A stretch of 64,000 nucleotides of DNA, taken from Mytilus californianus (lineage: Eukaryota). Within the stretch, counting starts at the first letter, position 1, and each line of letters starts with the position of its first letter. The stretch spans positions 80,104,001-80,168,000 of the forward strand of contig NW_026262690.1 in assembly GCF_021869535.1 (NCBI RefSeq), given 5' to 3'. The position numbers and the translations under genes were made by a program. Shown piece by piece: positions 12,301 to 24,300 of the stretch. The notes beneath the pieces are model-generated. The model was given only the letters and a program-made list of their open reading frames with translations. It was not told the origin of the DNA and made no database searches.

Positions 12301-15300
12301 TATGACCCTAAATTTACAGATAAAATGATTTTCTGAGTTTGCAAATAAAAACTATTTGCAAGAGAAAAAAAAAAATAAATAAAAACTATTTGCAGATAGC
12401 TAAACAAATGTTCTGGTTGCAATGATTGTTTTATAGAATATGAAGTAAAAAATTTAAAGAACATACTGGAAAAAAACAATGTTAGATTGAACATGTAGAA
12501 TATAAAGATGGAGAAACTTTATAAGTACAAGGGTACTATAAACATAATAAATTGGATGGAAAGTTGAAGAAAACACACTTTAAAAGACCATTTTTACAGC
12601 ACACGGTTACATTTACAACAAAATTAATGTCGATTAAAAACCTCCTGATCTGAGTTTCACAGTCCATCACATGTATGAATAGGTAAATTGAAAATTTTTA
12701 AGTTCTTAGACCACTTTCATTCTGTGTCAGAAACCTATGCTGTGTCAAATATTTAATTACAATCCAAATTCAGTGCTGTATCAAGCTTGAATGTTGTGTC
12801 CATACTTGCCCCAACTGTTCAGGGTTCGACCTCTGCGGTCGTATCAAGCTGCGCCCCAGCGGAGCATTTTATTCTCCTCTATTCTGTACATCCATGTGTT
12901 TGTCTGTCATAGCAATGTCAGTATGGCATTTTATAGATGTGATATAAATATAAATGGATGTATATGTTAGCGGCAATAAGTGAAATTAGGCATAAAGCTT
13001 AAATCCTAGGCTAACGCCTAGGCAGTAAGTCTATTGCCTAAATAATGTTAGGCATTACTCTTAAATCCTAAGTTTAAATCCTGAAAATAATGTCCAGGTA
13101 TTAATGTTAATGCCTAAAATGAAAATGAGAGAAACTAAATGGAAATTTATTCAAAGTTAAAATACATTTTATACATAATAAAATAATAAGAACTTTGAAT
13201 GTCAATTACATGAAATAAAATCATAATTAGATATTGATGTAGTAACTCTTTGAATAAACCTCTTAAAATATATGTAAACTTGTTGGATAGTTGTCTTATT
13301 GGTAATCGTACTACATCTCCTTATTTTTATATTGATAGAAAATTGTATTGAAATTTATTTGTTACCAATTGGTGCGGAGCTACGGCACAGACTATTTCAC
13401 AGTTTTAATTTTTTCTAGCATTTGTACCTGGTGATCATCCAATACTTTTGTGTAGAGCAGAATTCTTTTGTATATGAACGAATTTGATTCCAATTGACCA
13501 CTGTTAAGTCTTTGATCCTCATCCATGCAGTAAGCATGTCATGAATATTTCCGCTTGACCACTCAATACTACCCTGTGATTGGAGATGTATTGGCTTCCA
13601 GTGAACAATAACTAGTTCTGGCCACATTAGCATTAATTTAGATATAACCTTAGCTGTAATTCACGACCTTTGTCTCTTTGCTGTTTATGTGACACACTAA
13701 ATATTGTGAAAACATAAACTAAATTAGAAGCCACCTTTGAAGCACTTTTTGACGTAAGAGCTCTAGTAATAAAACTAGGTGATCTTGGTACACCATAACG
13801 AAAATATAGTTTTCATCTTACTTTGATTGGAAATCAATTAAATCAACCTGTCCTAGCTCTTCTGCAAAACTCTTTGGATAAAACGGTGTTTAGTACTACT
13901 CCCTTCCCTATGCACATTTTATCATGTTACAATTTTCACAAAATGGAAGAAATAGTACAATGGAATCATGGAAAATGTTTGCAAAGCCATTACTAGGTTG
14001 TTTAATTCTACGGTCAATGATAATAATAGGCGTTTTGACATATTTCTTTATGTGTTTTTCCCAAAATAGCATACAGTTCCTCTAAAAAAAAACATAAACT
14101 TTGAAATTTCCCTCACCATTCTCTTTTACTTTAGTTACCAGTCTTTCAAACCTCCAGTGGTAAAAAATATCATACAATTCTAAATTACAATTTTCTATAG
14201 TTGCCTTATTCTCTGATTTTGAAAGTTTAATCTTTGCCAAATGATCATTGTACTTTTGCCTTGGGTATATGATCTTTGTTTTCCCTCACTCACTCAAATT
14301 TATATTCCGCAAAGATTCAAGAAATTTGTTGTTGCTTCAATGCTAATAATCCAAATTAAGAAGTGAAGAGACAAGATGAGTATTTAAGAAAATTTACATA
14401 TCCAATAAAACAGATTGAAAGATGATGTGAATGGCAAAATTTCATATCTTCAGTTGTCTATTTTTGACCAGCTCAAACTGGCTTGGCCATTGAAGAGCAA
14501 TTACACAAAGAAATACGAGTAAGTTCTGTTTTGAATACGAAATTAAAATTACTAAAAATTGAAGATCTTTTAAATCAGTTTATATTAATTTCTGGAATAT
14601 AATTTTCACAATATTATTCTTCAAGAAGTAGTTCACCGAATAAACATGTATTTGGAAGATAAACAAAAATCCCAAAATTTGCTTATTGCCTGTAATGATG
14701 TTTGGCAGTAGGTTGAATTATGAATCATCAGATTTCAGGAAATAAGCCTAATGCCTGGAAATTTCAGGCAATAACTTAATGCCTAGGCGTTAGCTTATTG
14801 CCTAGGATTTAAGCTTAATGCCTAATTTCACTTATTGCCGCTAACATATACATCAAATACAACAAAATATGACTTACCTCAGAAAACACAAGTTCAGGTA
14901 AATAAAAAAATGCAAACATTTCGAGATATTTGTCTATAATGGAATTGAATATTTTAAGCATGACATTTAAGTATTCATTTTGCTGGAATTTGCTATAGTA
15001 TATGTTCTACAAGGTAAAAGAAAAATATTACAGGTACATATTGGGATATTTAAAAAAAAAAACATATTTCTATATAAATAAAACTCTCTTAAATTTTTTC
15101 TTCAGAAATCCACAACCAGGAGTTATCATTAACCAGCCAGATGGACCTGATGTTTACCAAGGAGTTCCAAAAGACTATACAGGATTAAAGGTAGGTTATT
15201 GATCAGATGTTTACTGATGAGTTCCAAAAGACTAGAAACAAGATTAAAGATAGCCCGGGATCCTGGCTCTCTGCCATGCAGAAGAGCCAGGCAGATTACA

Positions 15301-18300
15301 ACATGTATTTGTTTATTGGATGTTAAAATGATGCATTGTGGGATAGAATCATTTCTTGACACATGGTGGGAAATATTTATTAAAATTTATTTTTAACATC
15401 AAATAATGCAAATTCCAGTAAATATACAGCAATAATCATCCAAACATTAGTGATTTACATTGTAAATCACCAGTTAATTAATGATTCAATTTATATATTC
15501 ATTGTTTACGGTATATAACACACACATGTGCAATTATTCAGTCCTGTTTAGTGCTGAAAAGTGGTCACATGGATTGCATTACACCTGGCCTTACTGACGC
15601 GAAGTAAAGGTTTGGCTAGGATCCCAGGCTAGATTAAAGATAGCTTATTGTCCCCCACATAACGCGTTGCAGGGGACATGGAAATACTGGGCGACCGTCC
15701 GTCCGTGTATCCATTCATCTGTCCGTCTGGTCTTGTTAGCGCTCTCACATATATGTACAATTCTTGCCAGATTTTTATAAAAATTATGATATAGGATAAT
15801 ATCAGCAATATCTTGGACAAGTTTTATAATGGTGGACAATCAACTTTTTTTAAAAGAGTTATGCCTCTTGGAAATATTAAATTTATGGAAAATGACCTCA
15901 TTAGTGCTCTCACAGGTACAATTTTAGCCAGATTTTTATAAAACTTATACTATAGCTTTATATCAGCAATATCTTGGACAAGTTTTATAATGGTGGACGA
16001 TCAACTTTTTAAAAGAGTTATGCCCCTTGGAAATATAAAATATGTGCAACACGGGAGACATTGGAACTCTGTTCTTTTATTGATAAGGCTTTGTCAAAAA
16101 CTTTTATTGTTGTCTGCAGAACACCAATAGAGTATGGCATTTTCATGCATGTGATCATGATTGCCAAATTACTTTTAAAAAAAAAAATGTTTTGAAAAGC
16201 TAAGATGCAAATGAGTGTAAATAATGAAAAGAACGCTTTATAAATTTTATGCCTTCAAAGCGTTTTTCTAGATATACTTTCATCAGGAATGCTCAAAGCC
16301 AAATATTTTAAAGCCAAGGATGTATATAAGTACTGAAACACACTAAGAGCTATATGACCAAAAGGAACCTAATTTATAAATAACTGGTTATAAGGACAAT
16401 GAAATCTGAAAAACGAATTAATGAGTGTTAGAAGGCATTGTTTCTTTATTGGATGGTAAAAGTGTTTGGACTTCTTTTCTGTAACTACAGCATGAAAAAA
16501 TGGAGATGTGGTGCTATTGCTAATTGGGAGCCTTTTTTTTAAACACTATTTAGTGTTATCTTACATTACCCTGTGTTGTTATGCCCCATTTAGGATAATA
16601 TATGTGGCATTTTGTTTTCTAGTCTGTGTATGAGTTTGTCCATTCCTTCATCTGTTGTCACATCTTGTATGAGGTTAAAGTTTTGGTTTAAGGTAGTTTA
16701 TCATGACATTGTGGTCACATCAACTTGAAACTTAGCACAGTGTTAATTATGATGTGAACCTAATAAAACATTTGCTAAATTAGGATTTTGACCCAGATTT
16801 TGTAGTTACTGAACATGGAAATAAGATAGACGTGCGAGTGGGGCATAATATCCTATGGACACATATTCTTATTTGTCTATAATACCAGTATAATGTATTA
16901 TAAAGTGAAGATTTTTTTCTGAAAATAAATGAGGGTCTGGACTCTGGATGGGGTTTACAGAATAGAGAATAATGTGCAAAAAGTTCAGAATAAATGGCTA
17001 AAAAAATAAAGAATAGAGAAAAATACGCCAAAAAATTAAGAATAGAGAATAATTTGGTGCTAAAATATAAGGAATAAAGAATAATGGGCAAAATGTTTAA
17101 AGAATAGAGAAAAACGGCTTTAAAAAATTAAAGAATACAGAAGTGAAGGACCCTCATATATTACATAATTTTATTTTTAGGATGTCACTCCAGAAGTATT
17201 CCTAGATGTATTACAAGGTATTAGCAAAAAGGTGAAGGGTAAAGGTAGTGGCAAAGTTATAAACAGGTAATTATGAGTATTGGTAAAAATAGCATCTAAC
17301 TGCCTACATTCTTATTTCCTCTGTATTTGAGTATTAGAACTTAATAATAAATTTTTGAGATGATTGTTGAAATGTGATTCAAGGCAATGACAAATTGATT
17401 TTTGCTTTTAACTCTTTTTATATGAAATCTGATATAGTGCAAATAATATATAATCTTGTGATTTGAAAGTTCTTGCAAAGTCTCTCTGACACCATTTTTG
17501 TTTCAGAAAAAAACCAAATAAGAACTGAGAATTCAATTGGTTTTAAGATGAATCAAAATGAAACAAATTTATAAGTGTAAATATGAAAAAATGGTAGAAT
17601 GTTTAAAAAGGTTTATTTTAACTTTTCTTTATTTTAATGTTTGTTAGCATCAGTCAATGAAACTTATTATTTGCAGCTTGTTGATTATTTGCACGATTGA
17701 TAGCTACAATGCAAAGCTAAGAGACCAATTTCAAATATCAAAATGAAATACTGTTGTTTCCATTCTTATGTTCATATATTGCTCTACTGACATAAATTAT
17801 AGAATTAGTCCTAAGAGATTGACATTACTGTCCAATTTAAATTTAGGATTATGAAAGATTTCTTATAGAAGGTTTAATGGACATCTTAAATAAAAAGATG
17901 TGTAGAAGGAAAACAAATTTTATATGATTTTTTTTTCAGTGGACCAAATGATCATATCTTTGTAAATTTTGTCGACCATGGAGCACCAAACCTGATTGCT
18001 TTTGGACAAAAATTTGTAAGTAATAATAATTATATTAATTCATTTGAACCTTTTGCTTTCAGACATTTAAAATGATTTTTCAAATGTCAAAAGTTTGAGA
18101 AAAAAAATTTAAAGGACATGTTATAAATATTTTTTTCTGACCTGATAAGAAAGTTTGCTAAACATGCATTTAAAGTCATAGAGGACATTTTAAATTAACT
18201 ATCCATAATGGTCACTGTAGATTCATCTATTTGTATGGGCATAATTTTTTTGTGTTTTGAGAAAAACAGGTACTTTTGTGGAGATTGATTTCCAGGTTTT

Positions 18301-21300
18301 GACAAATTCTGCACATAAATCCTTTAGGAAATTTATATGTGTATTTTGTTGGACACTTAATTTTGTGGTTCACATATTATCATGAATTAAAGAAAGTCTC
18401 ATGAATAATAATTAATGCATAGTATAAAGGTTACCATAATCTTAATTTCATTTTCAGCTCCATAGTAAAGATCTGATGAAAGTTTTAAAAGAAATGCATC
18501 AAGAACAGAAATTTGCAAAGGTAATACAGTATTATTTAGAACTAAAACTGTTTTCTTGTTCATGTTGTAACATTTTAACCTATTTCACATGTGCTATTGT
18601 TGAATAACTCTCTGATATAAGGAGATTGTTTTCTGAATTCTAATCTGTAGATATCTCTTTAAAGTGTTTTTAAAAACATAAACAACAAGATTTGAATTGT
18701 GTTAAGTACAAGACAATATTATTAGTTACATAGTGTGCTAGTGACCTAATACGGTATATATGGGGTCAGTAAATTCCATATGGGGTGAGAGCAAAGCTCA
18801 AATTCCCATATGGAATTTACTGACCCCATATATACCGTATTACGTCACTAGCACACTATGTAAGGAATTTATCTTACCGACTATCTTAACATGTGGTATT
18901 TAGACTAGTGACCTATCACAGACAGCAAGTCTTCAATACCGTTATCATTAAGAAACTACTTCCATTGGTCATACAAAAACAAATGCCAACAATAATAACT
19001 TGTTAGCTTTAAATGTATTTTATGAATTTGTTTCAATCTTTCATCATCAATTTCTTTGTCTGTTAAAACATTTAAGATTTTTTCTCAGTACCGTTTTGTT
19101 TTCATAAAGGGATGTAACACCACTACAAAATGTGTATTAAAATAAGCCCCCCCTACTAACCTGATATGGAATATACACGGTCTCCACGCGGTTGCTTTTA
19201 ACCAATCATATTCCTAGAAATGTATAGGAGGTAAGATAATATTAGTTACACAGTGTACTAGTGACCTAATACGATATATATGGGGTCAGTAAATTCCATA
19301 TGGGGTAAGATTTTTTTTCGTTCTCACCCCATCTGGAATTTACTGACACCATATATATTGTATTAGGTCACTAGCACACTGTAACGAATTTATCTCACCG
19401 ACTATCTTAACATGTGTCATTTAGACTAGTGGCCTATCAAAGTGATCAAGTCTTCAATATAATACTTCCAATGGTCTCTACAAAAACAAATGCCAACAAT
19501 AACAACTTGTTAGCTTTTAATGTGTTTTTATGCCCCCACCGTAGCGGAGGGGGCATTAAGTTTTACCCTTGTCCGTCTGTACATACGTCCATCCATATGT
19601 CCTTACGTCCCAAAGTTGGTTTCTGTTCTCTAACTTTAGTTTGCCTCAACCAAATGTTATGAAACTTATACACAATACTTATTACCATAAAACACAGATC
19701 AACTTTGAAATTGGGTGCCGTCACGATAACGGTTCTTGAGTTATGCCCCTTTATAAACATAAAAATTCCTGAATTTTTCGTTTCCGTTCTCTTAACTTTA
19801 GTTTGCCTCAATCAAATGTTATGAAACTTGTACACAATGCTTATTACCACAAAACTCAGATCAAGTACAAATTTGGGTAGCGTCACTTTTACTGCTCTTC
19901 AGTTATGTCCCTTGATATCTTTATATGATATGCAAGCGTGGGCATCATCTGTGTCCCATGGACACATTCCACATTTATCTTCATTTATTTCAATCGTTCA
20001 TCATCAATTTCTCCATCAGTTGTGCGGGCGAAACGTTTCAGATTTTTCCTCAACACCGTGTTGTTTTTATAAAGGACATAACACCACTATTTACTGTGTA
20101 TTAAAATAAACCACCCCATATTAAATATACACAGTCTCCACGCGGTCACTTTTAACCAATGATATTCCTAGAAATGCATTGGAGGTAAGATAATAAGCTA
20201 TATTTCAATTTGTATACATGTATATCAATGTGACTTAGAAATTTTTCTTTTTCATTTTTAGCTTGTGTTTTACCTGGAATCTTGTGAATCTGGATCTATG
20301 TTTAAAACACTTCTACCCAAAGATATAAACAGTAAGTGATTCTCACACTGTTAAAGAAACAAATCAAACAATATAAGCATACATCTTTGTAAGTCTATGA
20401 AAAATAAAAGTAGGTTCAAATTTATATATCAAAACTCCATCGACAAAACATCAACCATGATAAAAGACAGACAATCAAATGTCAGATTCTGAATTTGGAA
20501 AAAATTGAAAATGTTCTCCCTTTTTCATGCTTTTGCAAGAATTATTTCTTGTCTGGGAGGTATCTTTTATAGGATTGTATTGTGGATATTATTATATTTA
20601 ACTACTGTGGACATGCTTAACATTTATTGCAATCTTTTATATATTAATGAAGACTACATGTTTTTAACATTGAATAACTAAGTCTTCAAAAGCGCAAGCA
20701 GTTCACTCTCACAGGGGTGTATCTTGAAACTTTTGAAATGGGGTCTTTGTGTTATATATTTGACCAAAACCTGTAGTATTAAATATGTTGGTCTTGGGTT
20801 ATTTTTCAGTCCTTGCATTGTCAGCATCTAATTCATCACAGTCATCTTATGCCTGTTATTTTGACAAGAAGAGGAAAACTTATTTGGGAGATGTGTTTAG
20901 TGTTATGTGGCTGCAGGATTCTGACAAGGTAATATTTCACAGGGGATGTATTGTTATGGCCCAACAACAAAGTTGTCGGGGCCATATAGTTTTACCCTTA
21001 TCCGTCATTCTGTCATTCTGTCATTCCGTCTTTCTGCAACGAACAGTTATACAGACTTTTTTCTAAATGCCTTTACATATTGAGCTGATTTTTAGAATGT
21101 GAATCTACTATGATGAGTTACAAATCGAGTTTATGTTTGGTTCCACTCTCCTGATTTTTGACAAAACTGCGGGCTTTGGACTTTGAAAATTTTGTAAAAA
21201 TAGCAGTTATACAGACTTTTGTAAAAAAAGCCTTCACATATTGAGCTGAATTTTAGTATGTGAATCTACTATGATGAGTTATAGATCGAGTTTAAGTTTG

Positions 21301-24300
21301 GTTCTGCTCCATTGATTTTGCTAAAATTACAGGCTTTGGAATTTGAACATTTCATGAAAATCAGTTATACAGACTTTTTTTCTAAACTCCTTTACATATT
21401 GAGCTGATTTTTAGTATGTGAGTCTACTATGATGAGGTACAGATCGAGTTTATGTCTGATTCCACTCCATTGATTTTTGCTGAAATTACGGGCTTTGGAT
21501 TTTTTTGGAAAATTTTGTGAAAACAGTTATACGGACTTCTCAAATTTCCATTCCTAAAAGTGGCTTCAAGCTTTTTTTGCAAGCGGGGCTATTTCTGTCG
21601 TTCTGACACATCAAGTTTAAATTTATTTTTCACTTCTGAACTTGCTCATCCAAAGTTAAACCCTATTTATAAAATTTAAAGGAAATTTGCTCTTGTCAAT
21701 TAAATGAAATTATATTCAACTATGCTTGGTTAAACAATGAAATTGCAAAGTATAACCATGCTCAGTTAGCATAGTATACATATAATAAATTTGATTTAGT
21801 TTTCTTGTATGAATTTGCCTTTGATCATGAGTTTTCTATTTTCTATTGCTCACTTAGAATCAAATTTTTTTTTAAGGGGTTATCATGCAAAATATGATGG
21901 AGCTAAAAGGAAATCCACTTTTAGCAACCCTTGAATGCTAACAATTTTACTTTTTTTAAACCAGATGATTTAAAATGTAATTTTGGCCTGAAACATAAAG
22001 GTTTTCAGCAGATATCCTATTTAAATTTTACATATAGAAATAATCCTATTTTGTCAATTGTAGGAAAATTTAAACTCTGAAACAATCCAGGATCAGTTTA
22101 AAATCACAAAGAAGAAGACAAACACAAGTCATGTGATGGAATTTGGAGATAAGGTTAGTTAAGTTGAATTGTATATCCTGGTTACTGGATACTTTCCAAT
22201 CTGATTTTAAGGATCTGACAACATTCCGTTTTACTTCCTGTTCTGGTTATTACTACATCAGCCAATGAAAGGTTGAAAATTGAAGGTGTGTATGAATCCA
22301 AAAAAAACAGAGGATCTAGAAAGGTTGTTAAAACAGAAAGTAGAATGGAGTGTGTGAGATCCATGTAGACAAAGCTTACACACAGGATCTGTGATTTAAT
22401 CAGATTGGGATACATCCACACTTGTGAGATTTTGGCTACTGATTTTGATTTATAGCCAAAATAAAATAAAATAAATTTTATACAATACAATGATTTTGCT
22501 GCTGATTTTAATTACCTGCCAAAATAAAATGAACAATTTTATGTTAAGTTCTAACCATTGCTAATGATGGTTGTATTTTGTGGTCATGTTGCAGCTGTTT
22601 ATTCATATTGTATTATAAACTGAATATTTTTATTTCCATATTTCAGTCAATTGGTAAAATGACAGTTGCTGAATTCCAAGGAAAGCAGCAAGCTAACAAC
22701 ATTGTATTTCCAGCACCTGATCCAACTGTAAGTCAGATTACTTAACATTGTTTTTATAATTAGTTGAATATGAAAAGCTGTACAATGATAATGATGGATG
22801 TTACAAACTTCATATAATACACAGCCTGAAGGAAGAAATCTGCTTTGTATACGACCGCAAAAAAATTTTTGTGGTCGTATATTGGTATGACGTTGGCGTC
22901 GTCGTCGTCGTCGTCCGGCGTCGTCGTCCGAATACACATTAGTTTTCGCACTCTAACTTTAGTTTAAGTGAATGGATCTCATTGAAATTTTACCATAAGG
23001 TTCAATACCACAAAAGGAAGGTGGGGATTGATTTTGGGGGTTATGGTACTAACAGTTAAGGAATTAGGGGCCAAAAGGGGCCAAAAATAAGCATTTTTGT
23101 AACTTCCAGACATAACTTGTGTGTAAGTGTATGGATCTCTCTGACATTGTACCACAAGGTTCCATATCACAAAGGGAATGCTGGGATTGATTTTGGGGGT
23201 AATTGTCTCCAAATTTTAGGAATTAGGGGCCAAAAAGGGGCAAAAAACAAGCATTTTTCTAGTTTCATGACAATAACTTGTTTGTAAGTGTATGGATCTT
23301 TATGAAATTGTACTACAAGGTTCCATATCACAAAGGGAATACTGGGATTGATTTTTGGGGTAATTTCCTCCAAATATTAGGAATTAGGGGCCAAAAAGGG
23401 GCAAAAAACAAGCATTTTTCTAGTTTCATGACAATAACTTGTTTGTAAGTGTATGGATCTTTATGAAATTGTACTACAAGGTTCCATATCACAAAGGGAA
23501 GGCTGGGATTGATTTTGGGGGTTTTCCCTCAAAATTTTAGTAATTAGGGGCCATAAAAGGGCAAAAAAAACATGCATTTTTCTAGTTTCAGGACAATAAC
23601 TTGTGTGTAAGTGTATGGATCTTTATGAAATTGTACTGCAAGGTTCCATATCACAAAGGGAAAGCTGGAATTGAGTTTGGGGGTAATTGCCCTTAACGTT
23701 TAGGAATTTGGGGCCAAAAAGGGGCCAAAAAACAAGCATTTTTCTAGTTTCCAGACAATAACTTGTGTTCAAGTGTATGAATCTCTCTGAAATTGTACTG
23801 CAAGGTACCATACCACAAAGGGAAAGCTGGGATTGAGTTTGGGGGCGATGAATCATAAGGGGGTTCAAAAAATTGGGGGGGGGGATTTTTTTTTCCCTTT
23901 TTTTTCTTTAACATTTTCCATTTTAAATTGGTTATTTCTGATTTATATATAAAAGCAAATAATAATGATATGGTTTGAATAGGCATACTTGTGAACCTCC
24001 CAACGGGAGTACAATAATCCCGTTTTCAGGGGTCTCCTCCCCCCTCCCGTTGAAAAAATCCCGTGTATGAAATTTTTCATGAATGAAAAATTTCTGCCCA
24101 ACATAACATCTCAGGCATCTGGTGTAACTGACATTACCTGAAGTTATATTTTACCTGTAAATCAATTAACATGCATAATTATATGGCTTCACTTGTCAGC
24201 TTGGGTGTCAAACATACTGGTAAGCAACGATTTTTACCTCAGGCTAACTGTTGTTGTGTAACAAAAACTGTGTATTTATTGGGTTACTTCCCTTGATTTA

